Notes: generated by a model from the letters alone, not told the origin. 54,478 bases of DNA from a candidate division TA06 bacterium JGI_Cruoil_03_38_101 (GCA_002215665.1 NGFL01000001.1:2597-57074), one strand, 5' to 3'. Shown: positions 1 to 10,168, counted from the stretch's first letter. Translations and numbers: made by a program.

Positions 1-204
1 GTAAGTCCGAGAGGCGGTCAATATCTGCTTTTGGGTTCCAAGGCAAAAGCGTTTATTGACAGAAGGCCAACTCCTTCTCTGGATGATGTTACCTCGATTA
101 TTCATTCCGTTTTTGACCACAGAATCATTGTGAATTTTCTTGCAGAAAGTGATGGTATATCATCAAAGGTTGTAACAGAAAAAGTTCTCAATGAGACGGC
201 TTAA
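1..204 (+). CDS. MoxR-like AAA+ ATPase, C-terminal fragment (gene begins upstream of the window)
   Basis: Frame 1 is open from base 1 to TAA 202-204. Translation VSPRGGQYLLLGSKAKAFIDRRPTPSLDDVTSIIHSVFDHRIIVNFLAESDG... resembles the C-terminal lid region of MoxR-family ATPases. Absent from the ORF track because it has no start in the window. Confidence 0.55.
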   Translation, partial: VSPRGGQYLLLGSKAKAFIDRRPTPSLDDVTSIIHSVFDHRIIVNFLAESDGISSKVVTEKVLNETA

Positions 205-1378
205 TTTTAGTCCGGAACAGAGAAAAATATTAAAGATCATTGGCAAAATGGCTAAAAGTTCTGGTTATTCTGCCTATCTGGTTGGGGGGCCTGTACGGGA
301 TCTACTCCTTGGAAGAACCTCTCAGGATGTTGATATTGTATGTGTTGGTGATGCGGTAAAACTTGCTAAGAAGTTCAGTGAAAAAGTTGAGGGGAAACTC
401 ATTTTCCAACGGGATTTTCCGAACGCAACAGTAAAATGCAAGGAATTTGGGAAGATTGATTTTGTAACAGCACGGAGGGAAAAATACCCAAAGGATAAGG
501 TAGATTTACCAAAAGTGGAAAAGACTGAAGAAATAAAGGAAGATCTTAAAAGAAGAGATTTTACTATCAATGCGGTTGCTGCCAACTTAAATCCTGAGAA
601 ATTTGGTAACCTTGTTGACCCTTTCAATGGCCTTTTAGATTGTAGAAAGAGACTTATTAGAATTCTGCATCCAGATAGTTTCAAAGAAGACCCCACAAGA
701 ATCTTTAGAGCTATTAGATTTAAGATGGAATTATCCTTTAATTTAGAGAAAGATACATATAAATTCCTCAAGAGAGACTTAAAGTTTCTTACCAAATTAA
801 CTCCTGATAGATTATGGAAAGAAATCAGATTGTCTTTAAGAGATACTTCCGTAATCTTTAAATATTTTAAAAAATATAAGATTCTGGATATTCTTGATCT
901 TAACACTCCTGACGATGTTTTTTTAGGAAGAGTTGATAAAGGTTCGGTTCAATTTGGGGTAGACCCTGTTAATACATTCATACTCGCTCTTACGGAAAAC
1001 AGTGACCCGGGTTTACTTAACTTTAGTCGCGAATTCACTCAGCAGATGAAATATGTGAGGAGAATAGATGAGGATCGTCTATTGGATATAGAAGTTGTGC
1101 ATGAACTTTTCCTTCTCGAGGATTATTCTCTACTCTATCTCTTTGCAAAATTCCCTGGAAATTCAATAATACTGGAAAACTTTTTTGATAATAGGGGAGA
1201 CTTGAAGCCTGAATTAAATGGAGAAGAGATCAAGAAGCTGGGTGCCCGGGAAGGTCCTGAAATTGGAAAAATAATGAATAGGATAATAGAAGGAAGATGG
1301 ATTGGGAAGATATCAAGTAAAGATGAGGAAATTGAATTTGTGAAAAGATATATAGGAGGGAAAAATGTCTTTTGGTAA
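191..1378 (+). CDS. tRNA nucleotidyltransferase (CCA-adding) / poly(A) polymerase family protein
   Basis: 395-aa ORF with GGPVRDLLLGR...DVD and RRDFTINA motifs typical of the PolyA_pol head domain. Confidence 0.8.
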   Translation: MRRLNFSPEQRKILKIIGKMAKSSGYSAYLVGGPVRDLLLGRTSQDVDIVCVGDAVKLAKKFSEKVEGKLIFQRDFPNATVKCKEFGKIDFVTARREKYPKDKVDLPKVEKTEEIKEDLKRRDFTINAVAANLNPEKFGNLVDPFNGLLDCRKRLIRILHPDSFKEDPTRIFRAIRFKMELSFNLEKDTYKFLKRDLKFLTKLTPDRLWKEIRLSLRDTSVIFKYFKKYKILDILDLNTPDDVFLGRVDKGSVQFGVDPVNTFILALTENSDPGLLNFSREFTQQMKYVRRIDEDRLLDIEVVHELFLLEDYSLLYLFAKFPGNSIILENFFDNRGDLKPELNGEEIKKLGAREGPEIGKIMNRIIEGRWIGKISSKDEEIEFVKRYIGGKNVFW

Positions 1379-2439
1379 ATTATGGGAGTTGGTGGATCAA
1401 CTTGGGAGGTATATTTGAAGTTGATAAAAAGAAAGAAACTTTAAGAGAGTTGCAGAAAGAGAGTGCAGGTGAAAATTTCTGGAATGTTCCAGAAAGAGCA
1501 GAAAGAGTTATGAAGAGGATAGATGAAATCAAAGGAATTCTTAAGGAATGGGATGTATACAAAAAAGAGGTGAAATATCTCTCTGAATTGAAAGAACTGG
1601 GTGAAGATCCAGAGGTGATCAATGAAGAAGTTTCCAAAATAGAAGAAAAGTTTAAGAAATTTGAACTTAAGGTTATATTATCCAGGGAAAATGACAGAAG
1701 GGATGCGATTTTATCCATACATCCAGGGGCCGGAGGAACAGAATCCTGTGATTGGGCAGAAATGCTATTTAGAATGTATACAAGATGGATAGAAAGTAAG
1801 GGGTACAAATATAAAATTATTGATTATCAAAGAGGAGAAGAAGCTGGCTTAAAGGATGTAACAATTGAGGTTAAGGGAGAATATGCCTATGGATATCTTA
1901 AGGCAGAGCGTGGTATTCATCGACTCGTTCGTATTTCTCCTTTTGATTCAGGTAGGAGAAGGCATACCTCATTTGCTTCTGTCCTTACATATCCATTGGT
2001 TAAAGATGATGTAGAGATCCAATTAAAAGGTGAGGATATAGTCTTAGAAACCTTCAAATCTTCAGGCCCTGGCGGGCAACATGTTAACAAAGCAAATACA
2101 GCAGTTCGTTTAATTCATAAACCGACTAATATTGTGGTAACCTGCCAGAGTGAGCGTTCTCAGCTACAGAACCGAAGAATTGCAGAAAGAATATTGAAAT
2201 CAAAAATATATCAGAAGAAATTAGAAGAGTTAAAGAAGGAGGAAAGAAAGATAGAAAAGAAGAAGAAGGATATTGAATGGGGTCACCAGATAAGGTCATA
2301 TGTGCTATATCCCTACCAGAAAGTCAAGGATCATCGCACAGGTCTTGAGATGGGAAATGCAAAGAGGGTACTTGATGGAGATCTGGATCCATTCATCAAT
2401 GCATATTTAAGATCGGAGATAGGTAAAAGTGAAGAATAG
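1365..2439 (+). CDS. prfB: peptide chain release factor 2, made by programmed +1 frameshift: join(1365..1415,1417..2439)
   Basis: The body carries SPF (RISPFDSGRRRHTSFASV) and GGQ (SGPGGQHVNK) motifs. The short frame-0 ORF MSFGKLWELVDQLGRYI ends at TGA 1416-1418. The +1 frame continues EVDKKKETLRELQ, matching the RF2 N-terminal pattern LRGYL-D-YDAKKERLEE of E. coli. Confidence 0.9.
1404..1418 (+). other. prfB recoding signal: internal SD-like GGGAGG, TAT spacer, ATT slippery codon, TGA stop
   Basis: GGGAGG TAT ATT TGA A has the same layout as the E. coli site AGGGGG TAT CTT TGA C. Confidence 0.8.
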
Positions 2440-3379
2440 AGCAATAGTTACCGGGGGTGCTGGTTTTATTGGCTCTCATTTAGTAGATAGGTTAATTTGG
2501 ATGGGCTTTGATGTTCTTGTGATAGATAATCTTTCAACAGGATCCCGGGATAACCTTAACAGCAAGGCAGAATTCCTTTGTAAAGATATACGAGATAGTG
2601 ATATTGATTCAATCATGAAGGATTATTCACCTGATTATATCTTCCATCTTGCTGCTCAAATCGATGTTAGAAAGTCTCTGAAAGACCCAATCTGGGATGA
2701 AAATATAAATATTCAAGGAACGTTGAATCTATTAAATGCTGCATCTCGGATGAGAATAAAAAAATTTATTTTTTCATCTACCGGGGGAGCTATTTACGGT
2801 GAAGCAAAGAATGCAGTGGAGGAACAATTGCCAGAGCCCTCATCGCCTTATGCAATAGGTAAATTGACCTGCGAGCATTACTTACGGGTTTATTTTAGGT
2901 GGAAGGGAGTGCCCTTTACTGCCTTGCGTTATGGAAATGTCTTTGGCCCAAGGCAAGATCCTTATGGAGAAGCTGGAGTTGTTGCTATTTTTTGTGGTCA
3001 ACTATTAGGAGGTGAAAGACCTGTTTTATACGGTTTCGGGAAAATGATACGCGATTATGTTTACGTTTCCGATATTGTCCATGCGAATATTCTCGCAATG
3101 GAAAAAGGAGAAGGAGGAATTTACAATATAGGCTCTGGGAAACCAACTTCTGTGAATGAGCTTTTTTCTATCCTGAAGAGAATTTCCGGTAGAGATATCG
3201 AACCCAAATATGCTGATCCCCGAGAAGGTGAGATTCAGGAAATCTATCTAAATCCAGAGAAAGCTTCACGAGAATTAGGCTGGGTCCCAAAGATAACTCT
3301 TGATGATGGTCTTAATAAGACATATAAATGGTTTGAGAAGAATCTTTCTTGCAAAGGAAATCCCTGCCAAAATTCATAA
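2429..3379 (+). CDS. NAD-dependent epimerase/dehydratase, UDP-glucose 4-epimerase-like
   Basis: GTG start. TGGAGFIGSHLVDRL Rossmann motif and a YAIGK (YxxxK) catalytic motif. Overlaps the prfB stop by 11 nt. Confidence 0.8.
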   Translation: MKNRAIVTGGAGFIGSHLVDRLIWMGFDVLVIDNLSTGSRDNLNSKAEFLCKDIRDSDIDSIMKDYSPDYIFHLAAQIDVRKSLKDPIWDENINIQGTLNLLNAASRMRIKKFIFSSTGGAIYGEAKNAVEEQLPEPSSPYAIGKLTCEHYLRVYFRWKGVPFTALRYGNVFGPRQDPYGEAGVVAIFCGQLLGGERPVLYGFGKMIRDYVYVSDIVHANILAMEKGEGGIYNIGSGKPTSVNELFSILKRISGRDIEPKYADPREGEIQEIYLNPEKASRELGWVPKITLDDGLNKTYKWFEKNLSCKGNPCQNS

Positions 3380-3461
3380 ATCCTGCTGGAAAAGACCTCC
3401 CACATCTGATAATTTCTTGGCGTCTTTATCTTTTCAAAACAACAAATAAAAAGGGGGTATT

Positions 3462-4877
3462 ATGGGTATTTCTAAAAATTTTATTGCGTTTATTTTGATG
3501 CTAACAGCCTGCACCTCTCTCTTTGCAGAACCTCAGAAAAAAGTCAACTTAACACAGGGTGTTATTAAAGAAATCCGCAAATCCATTTATCTGAGTTCAT
3601 CGGATCGTGCAATGATGAACGCCCTTACCAATAATAAACTAACTGAACTTGCTCTAAACCGGGATTTCCTCACAAAGCACAAGAATACTCTGTTTAACCA
3701 TAAAATAAAAACTAAGGGCATTACAAATCAGGAACATAGTGGTCGATGCTGGCTCTTTGCAGGACTGAATATGTTGCGCGCCAAAGTAATTGAGGAATAC
3801 AAATTGAAGGACTTTGAATTTTCCCAGAGTTATCTGATGTTCTGGGATAAGATGGAGAAATCCAACTTCTTTTTAGAATCAATCATAGAAACTGCTGATC
3901 GAGATCTTAATGATAGGGAGGTTGTTCTATTCCTTAAGAATCCCATTGGCGATGGAGGTTTGTGGTCTTATGTTGTAAATCTGATAGATAAATACGGTGT
4001 CGTTCCAAAGGAAATAATGCCAGAATCATACAATAGTAGCAATTCCTGGTTAATGAATTCTCTTATTGCACGGAAACTCCGCAAAGATGCAACCATTCTT
4101 CGGGATATGAAAAAAAATGGGGAAAATGAATCAGAATTGGAAGCAAAAAAACTCGATATGCTCAAGGTTATCTACAAGATGCTCGTATTAAATCTCGGAG
4201 AACCTCCTGAAGCTTTCGAGTGGAGATATGAAGATAGAGAAGAAAATGTTTCAGAAGCCAAAACTTATACACCCAAGGAGTTCTATAAGAAAGTTGTCAG
4301 CGAAGATTTAAATCACTATGTTGCTTTAATGAATTACTCAGGGCAAGAGTATGATACACTCCTTCAATTTGACCAAAGTAGAAATATATATGAGCGAAAC
4401 GACCCACAATATGCTAATCTTCAGATAGAAAAAATGAAAGAGCTTGCCTTCAAATCGATTCTTGATGATGAGCCGGTATGGTTCGCCTGCGATATTATAA
4501 AGGATGGTGATCCCAAACGAGGGATACTCTCTCCTGAGATTATTGATTACAGTTCTGTGTATGGGGTTAAGATAGAATTGAACAAAGAGGAAAGAATTCG
4601 ATACAGAGACAGTTATGCCAACCATGCAATGGTCTTCACAGGCGTTGATGTGAAGGGTGGGAAACCAATTAAATGGCTTGTTGAGGATAGTCATGGAAGT
4701 GAAAGAGGTCACAGCGGTCACTGGTCAATGTATAATGATTGGTTCGATAAATATGTTTATGTAGTAATAATAAACAGGGAGTATTTATCACCCAGGGTGA
4801 AAGACATTTTTAAACAGAAACCAAAACATTTACCACCATGGGATCCAATGATTGCAATTTTAAAGAAAAATAAATAA
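3462..4877 (+). CDS. pepC: aminopeptidase C / bleomycin hydrolase family cysteine peptidase (C1B) with lipoprotein-type signal peptide
   Basis: QEHSGRCWLFAGLNMLR catalytic Cys region and HAMVFTGVD His region. The N-terminus MGISKNFIAFILMLTAC contains a lipobox-like LTAC. Confidence 0.85.
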   Translation: MGISKNFIAFILMLTACTSLFAEPQKKVNLTQGVIKEIRKSIYLSSSDRAMMNALTNNKLTELALNRDFLTKHKNTLFNHKIKTKGITNQEHSGRCWLFAGLNMLRAKVIEEYKLKDFEFSQSYLMFWDKMEKSNFFLESIIETADRDLNDREVVLFLKNPIGDGGLWSYVVNLIDKYGVVPKEIMPESYNSSNSWLMNSLIARKLRKDATILRDMKKNGENESELEAKKLDMLKVIYKMLVLNLGEPPEAFEWRYEDREENVSEAKTYTPKEFYKKVVSEDLNHYVALMNYSGQEYDTLLQFDQSRNIYERNDPQYANLQIEKMKELAFKSILDDEPVWFACDIIKDGDPKRGILSPEIIDYSSVYGVKIELNKEERIRYRDSYANHAMVFTGVDVKGGKPIKWLVEDSHGSERGHSGHWSMYNDWFDKYVYVVIINREYLSPRVKDIFKQKPKHLPPWDPMIAILKKNK

Positions 4878-4953
4878 CACCTTTATTATAGGATAAACTC
4901 TGCCGCTCTCTTTGCTCCAGCAGTATTATGTTTGCCTAGGGGGGTAAAGCAGA

Positions 4954-7023
4954 TTAATCCTCTTTATGAGTCTTAAGGACCTCTATTATATTTTGGATAT
5001 ATTCTTTCTTTTCCTGCTCGTTGAGGCGGATTGCACATTTTTTAGCTTCTTCTAAGATTTTTACAGTACCATTTATATCATCACCCATCATTTCAGCACT
5101 TTTAAGATAGAGGTCAAGAGCCTCTTTATCGTTCATCCTGCAGTATATATTTGCTTTAAAAGAGAGTAAAGTTCCTTTTTCCTTCCCCTTTAATTTATTT
5201 AATCCTTCATTTACCACTTCAATCGTTTTTTTGAGTGAACCTTCCTGCAAATATGTCTTTGCAAGAAGAAGATAAGCATCATTAAAATACTCAGAGTCGG
5301 GAAATTTATCTGTTATAACTTTAAGAGGAACTCTTACCTCCCGGAATAGGCCAAGCTCATAGTAGATTGTACCAATCTGGTATTGAGCATAGGGCAAGAG
5401 TTTAGATGAGGTAATCTCTTTATAATATTTGATTGCCTCCTCAGGCTCTTCTATCTTATAGTAGATATTACCAAGTTCAAGTTGTATTTCTTCTTCCAAC
5501 TCCGGTCTCTCTTGCAACGCTTTTTTCAGTAAATCGACCGCTAATTCTTCCTTTCCTATTAATTGATACAACTTGCCAAGTATCCTGAGAGATTCATCGG
5601 CTTCTTCCGAATCCGGATAACTCTTTAAGACCTTCTTAAAGAATTGAATTGCTTTTTGGTATCTTGCTGCCGCTTTATAATAGTCTCCGACTTGAAGCAA
5701 TAAAGAAGGGGTCCGCGGGCTTTCAGGATATTTTTCTATAAAACCTTTAAACATACTAATTTTTGTTAGATATTTCCCCATTTTCCATTTGATCTCTTCA
5801 ATCCTGTAACAAGCCTCGTCTATTAGGCCAATGGAGAGATCTTCTGACCCCAGTATTTTAGAGTAATAATAAAGTGCCTGATTGAAATCATTTTTACTGG
5901 CAGAAATTGACCCAAGATACCTATATGTATACCCAACCCAGGGGGAATCAGGAAATTCTGACAGCAGGCTCTTAAACCATTTTGTTGCTTCATCAAAGCG
6001 GTTGAGTAAGAAATTAATCTTTCCAAGGAGGAGATAGGCATCATCCTTTAGAGGTGAATCTGGATACTCTTCGACTATCTTCTTGAAATAGGTTAGGCTT
6101 TCCACTTTTCCCTGTTTTAATAAGCCCCTGGCTAAGCGATATAAGGCAAACTGCCTCAACTCGCCCTGTTGATAAATATTAAGAAATTTCTGGAATAGAT
6201 CAGCGCTCTCAGAGTATTGTGCCAATCTATACTTACTCCAACCAGATGCAAAAATAGCATGAGTCCTATAGGGCGAATTTGTATCCGATAGAAATAACTC
6301 CGTAGCCCGTTCGATCCAGCCTTTCTTATAAAGGGCTTCACCCTTCAGATAGTTAGCAAGAGGAGAAACGATAGAATATTTTTTCTGAAAAGATAAGAGG
6401 CTATCCAGTTCAGAAAGACGGAATTGAGAGGCAAGGATAAACACTCCTGTATAATCCTCCCGTTTTAAATTATACGATTCCAGAAAATAGTTTAAAGCTT
6501 TTCGGTACTCACCATCTTTATATGAAAGGTATCCTTTTCCAAGCATATATTGCCAACTGGGAAGTTTTGAATTTTCAATCTGCCCTCTTATCTTTGATGT
6601 ATCACTTTCATAAAAGATAAAATAAAATCGGAGTGAATCAGGAATAAACTCATCATTTACTGGTAATCTTTCTTTTTGCTCCGAGAAACCATACAGATTT
6701 TCAAGAAAATAAGCATATTGCCATCTATCAATCTTTTTGAATTTAGCACGAGCCTTTTCCTTATCGTCCAGGAGATAGTAAATAACTCCCTGTAGGTAAG
6801 TGGATTCACTCTTCCTGTCATAAAGTTCTGCAATTTTTGCTTCTTTTAAGGCGTTGTTTAAGTTGTTTAACCTGATATCAGTAACCGAAAGGTTTAGATA
6901 TGTTTCCCCTTTGTCTATATACGAGGGTTCCAACATCAATGGAAAAAGATAGGAATTCTTTGTTCTTTTAAGTTCCTCAGAAATGGAATTTTGGCATAAT
7001 AACAATAGGATGAGGAATTTCAA
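4954..7023 (-). CDS. secreted tetratricopeptide (TPR) repeat protein
   Basis: 689 aa with N-terminal signal-like MKFLILLLLCQNS. Many TPR-like repeats of the YbgF type (AxYxLGxxYxxxGxxxxA pattern). Confidence 0.75.
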   Translation of the reverse strand: MKFLILLLLCQNSISEELKRTKNSYLFPLMLEPSYIDKGETYLNLSVTDIRLNNLNNALKEAKIAELYDRKSESTYLQGVIYYLLDDKEKARAKFKKIDRWQYAYFLENLYGFSEQKERLPVNDEFIPDSLRFYFIFYESDTSKIRGQIENSKLPSWQYMLGKGYLSYKDGEYRKALNYFLESYNLKREDYTGVFILASQFRLSELDSLLSFQKKYSIVSPLANYLKGEALYKKGWIERATELFLSDTNSPYRTHAIFASGWSKYRLAQYSESADLFQKFLNIYQQGELRQFALYRLARGLLKQGKVESLTYFKKIVEEYPDSPLKDDAYLLLGKINFLLNRFDEATKWFKSLLSEFPDSPWVGYTYRYLGSISASKNDFNQALYYYSKILGSEDLSIGLIDEACYRIEEIKWKMGKYLTKISMFKGFIEKYPESPRTPSLLLQVGDYYKAAARYQKAIQFFKKVLKSYPDSEEADESLRILGKLYQLIGKEELAVDLLKKALQERPELEEEIQLELGNIYYKIEEPEEAIKYYKEITSSKLLPYAQYQIGTIYYELGLFREVRVPLKVITDKFPDSEYFNDAYLLLAKTYLQEGSLKKTIEVVNEGLNKLKGKEKGTLLSFKANIYCRMNDKEALDLYLKSAEMMGDDINGTVKILEEAKKCAIRLNEQEKKEYIQNIIEVLKTHKED

Positions 7024-8360
7024 TAAGCGCCTCTCCCTTTTATTACAGCAGGAATGGTTTTTCGTAGGATTACAATGTCAAGGCCAAGAGACCAGTTATC
7101 AATATATTCAAGATCAAGTTTCATCCATTCATCAAAGCCTATTTCTGCGCGACCACTAATCTGCCATAGACAGGTAATACCTGGCTTCATTGATAGTCTT
7201 TTTCTTTCCCAACCTTCATATTTATTTACTTCCTCTGGAAGGGGAGGTCTTGGACCAACCAGAGACATTTCACCTCTCAATACATTAATTAATTGAGGGA
7301 GTTCATCTAGACTGAGTCGGCGAAGGACTTTACCTATATTTGTAATCCTTGGATCTTCTCTTATCTTGAAGACTATCTTATCCATTTCATTTTCATCAAG
7401 AAGAAAGTCTTTCATTCTATCAGCATTTTCAAACATCGTGCGGAACTTGAGCATCTCAAATCTTCTTCCGTTGAGACCGGCACGCTCGTGTTTATAAATA
7501 ACAGGACCCCGGGAGGTTAATTTTATAAGGATGGGTATTAAAACAAATAATGGGAAGAGAAAGATTAATAGAATAAATGCTATAACCCGATCAGCAGTAT
7601 ATTTGAAGAAGAGTTGGGTATATTGAGGCGGAGCTGAGTGGAAAGTAATCATAGGAGATGCAAGGGAACTTTCAAGTGAGACAAAAGAAGAAATGTCTTC
7701 AAAATCTTCACGAATGCAGTATGAAACTGTAATCCCAAGTTTTTCGCACACGAATATATATGGTTTATGAATTTTTTCCATAATTACAACCCAATCAATG
7801 GTTTCATTCTTGAGCCTCTGGGTTATATTTTCAGGAATTTTTTCAATAACATTGAGAATATCAATCCCGAAGAAGGCATGGTTGGAAAATAGCTTTACTA
7901 ATTCTTCTGCATCCTTATCTTTACCGAAAACGAGAGTTTTTATAGAATTGTTCTTATTGTTTGATATATATTCACGAGTTAGCATCATGAATACAGCTGA
8001 AATAACAAAGAAAATGAAAAGAGCTACCCTGCTTTGTTGGAATAACTTAAAGTAGTACAAAAATGCAATTGAAATTAGGACAGCCAAAAACAGGAACGAA
8101 ATCGTCCTTATATAAAATTTGTGTTTGTCTACAGGGAAAGCCTGAAGAATAGAGTTATTCATTATCATAATAGGCGCAAAAGTCAAAAGGAAGATAGGAA
8201 ATATTTTAATATAGTAAGGTATGTACCAATTTGCGAGCTGACCAGAACTAGGTGGCAAAAGTGCCCTCAAGAAAACAGCAAGCCAGTATGTGAAAATTAT
8301 TATAAGTATGTCAATAAGAGTGATTAACCACCTGATAAAATGCTTTCTTTGTTGAATCAT
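7020..8360 (-). CDS. polyprenyl-phosphate sugar-1-phosphate transferase (WbaP/EpsL-type bacterial sugar transferase)
   Basis: N-terminal TM helices. C-terminal domain carries ELPQLINVLRGEMSLVGPRPPLPEE and PGITCLWQISGR motifs. Confidence 0.85.
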   Translation of the reverse strand: MIQQRKHFIRWLITLIDILIIIFTYWLAVFLRALLPPSSGQLANWYIPYYIKIFPIFLLTFAPIMIMNNSILQAFPVDKHKFYIRTISFLFLAVLISIAFLYYFKLFQQSRVALFIFFVISAVFMMLTREYISNNKNNSIKTLVFGKDKDAEELVKLFSNHAFFGIDILNVIEKIPENITQRLKNETIDWVVIMEKIHKPYIFVCEKLGITVSYCIREDFEDISSFVSLESSLASPMITFHSAPPQYTQLFFKYTADRVIAFILLIFLFPLFVLIPILIKLTSRGPVIYKHERAGLNGRRFEMLKFRTMFENADRMKDFLLDENEMDKIVFKIREDPRITNIGKVLRRLSLDELPQLINVLRGEMSLVGPRPPLPEEVNKYEGWERKRLSMKPGITCLWQISGRAEIGFDEWMKLDLEYIDNWSLGLDIVILRKTIPAVIKGRGAY

Positions 8361-9223
8361 AATCTCATCCTTTTGATAATCCAGGAACCTATGAGGAATG
8401 ATATTCTGAGAAAAAGAGCTAATAGGATGAAAAAAAGCAAGAAATGGTTATAACCCAGATTTTTTCTTGCATAGTGAAACATAGAGATATTGTGGATAAG
8501 TTTTGTTTTCAACTCTTCTTTCCTTGTACTTGTCCCTAAGCTATGGTAGAAGTGTGCATCGGGTAGATAGGCAATCTTATAACCCCTTTTCCTTAAACGC
8601 AGACAGAGATCAGTATCTTCAAGGTAAAGGAAGAAAATTTCATCAAAGCCGTTGATTTCATTGAAGCATTCTGATCTGCAGAGCATAACTGCACCTCTAA
8701 CCCAGTCGGGAAACTGAACTCTATTGTAATCAAGATCAGTGAGTAAATATTCCTTTGAGATGGGATTTTTCGGGAAAATCTTTCTAAGAAGGGATTCTCT
8801 CCCAAAGACGGTCCTAAGGATTGTTGGAAAGCTTCTGCAGGGAAGTTGTAAAGTTCCATCCGGATAAAAAAGCCGGCCTGTTGAAACAGCCACCTCTTTA
8901 TGTTCTTCCATAAAAGATAACAATTTATCAATTGCTCCCTTACTTGCGATTACATCAGAATTTAGAAATAATAGATAATCGGATAGACTTTTTTTGCTGA
9001 TTTGGTTACAGGCTGAACCGTATCCTCTATTATCTTTGTTTAGTATATAACTGATCACTTTTTTATTCAAACTTTTAAGGAACTCCTTACTTCCATCATT
9101 TGAATGATTATCGACCACAATTATATTATAATCAAATTTTGGTGGATTATCAAGTATAGAATGAATACATCGTTTTAGATGTTCTTTAGTGTTATAATTT
9201 ACTATCCCAACGGTAAGGGTCAT
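8357..9223 (-). CDS. family 2 glycosyltransferase
   Basis: VGIVNYNTKEHL...VVDNHSNDGS and the LNSD / ED region are typical of GT2. 4-nt overlaps with both neighbours. Confidence 0.8.
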   Translation of the reverse strand: MTLTVGIVNYNTKEHLKRCIHSILDNPPKFDYNIIVVDNHSNDGSKEFLKSLNKKVISYILNKDNRGYGSACNQISKKSLSDYLLFLNSDVIASKGAIDKLLSFMEEHKEVAVSTGRLFYPDGTLQLPCRSFPTILRTVFGRESLLRKIFPKNPISKEYLLTDLDYNRVQFPDWVRGAVMLCRSECFNEINGFDEIFFLYLEDTDLCLRLRKRGYKIAYLPDAHFYHSLGTSTRKEELKTKLIHNISMFHYARKNLGYNHFLLFFILLALFLRISFLIGSWIIKRMRL

Positions 9224-9945
9224 ATTCTTTTAAATAATCTACTAAGGCCAAGTTTCCAGACAATCCAGAAGGCTTCCCAGATAATTTTTTTCGACATTTT
9301 GGAATCCCCTGAGCGCCTTTCAACAAAGATAATTGGAACTTCTTTAATCCTAAATTTATTCCAGTATGTGTAGAAATGAATCTCTATCTGAAATCCATAA
9401 CCCTCCGCGTTAATTTTCTTAAAATCAAGAGAATTTAAAACTTCTCTTTTAAATCCTTTAAATCCACTGGTAAGGTCAGAAAGAGGAACCCCTATGATTT
9501 TTTTTGCGAAGAGATTTGCCGAGTAACTCAGTAATAGCCTTGAGATAGGCCAGTTTATTACATTAACACCATTTTTATATCTTGACCCAATGACAAGGTC
9601 AAAGCCTTCTTCCAGGAGGCTCTTCCTGATGATGGAGAGATTGGATGGGTCATGGGAGAAATCAGCATCCATCTCATAGATAAACTGATAATCCCTTTTC
9701 AAAGCCCATCTAAAACCTATAATATAGGCACTTCCCAAACCCAATTTGCCCTTTCTTTCCAACAGATGTACTCTTGATTCTTCTCTTAGTATTTCTCGAA
9801 CAATATCACCGGTTCCATCAGGAGAGTTATCGTCGACAATGAGAACTTCGAATTCCTCACCTTGAGAAAGAACTTCCTTAATAATTGCCTCGATATTTTT
9901 TTTCTCATTATAGGTTGGTATAATAACGAGGGAATCCCCTTTCAC
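9220..9945 (-). CDS. polyprenol-phosphate glycosyltransferase-like GT2 (Dpm1/Ppm1-like)
   Basis: IIPTYNEKKNIEAII...VDDNSPDGTGDIV...MDADFSHDP pattern of dolichyl/polyprenyl-phosphate mannose synthases. Confidence 0.8.
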   Translation of the reverse strand: MKGDSLVIIPTYNEKKNIEAIIKEVLSQGEEFEVLIVDDNSPDGTGDIVREILREESRVHLLERKGKLGLGSAYIIGFRWALKRDYQFIYEMDADFSHDPSNLSIIRKSLLEEGFDLVIGSRYKNGVNVINWPISRLLLSYSANLFAKKIIGVPLSDLTSGFKGFKREVLNSLDFKKINAEGYGFQIEIHFYTYWNKFRIKEVPIIFVERRSGDSKMSKKIIWEAFWIVWKLGLSRLFKRI

Positions 9946-9955
9946 AGGACCTCCA

Positions 9956-10168
9956 TTATTTTCTTAATACTAAATTCAGAATAAAGGTAATTACAATTGA
10001 GATTATGATGCAAAGAGTAACAGGAAAAAAGAAGACGAAGTGTTCTTTTTTTATTACAAGGCTACCGGGCATTTTTTGAAGAAGGGAGAATTTGGTAAAG
10101 AGAATAACTAAGATTCCTGCGATTATAAGGAACACGCCTATGGAGAAGAAAGGCGATTCTATTTTCAT
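9956..10168 (-). CDS. DUF2905-like small membrane protein
   Basis: 70 aa with two TM segments flanking PGSLVIKKEHFVFFFPV, the typical DUF2905 core. Confidence 0.6.
   Translation of the reverse strand: MKIESPFFSIGVFLIIAGILVILFTKFSLLQKMPGSLVIKKEHFVFFFPVTLCIIISIVITFILNLVLRK

Noticed and set aside
4878-4953. Bidirectional terminator between the convergent pepC and TPR genes
   Set aside because: Only 4-bp complementary segments (CTGC/GCAG) were found, with no convincing stem plus U tract on either strand.
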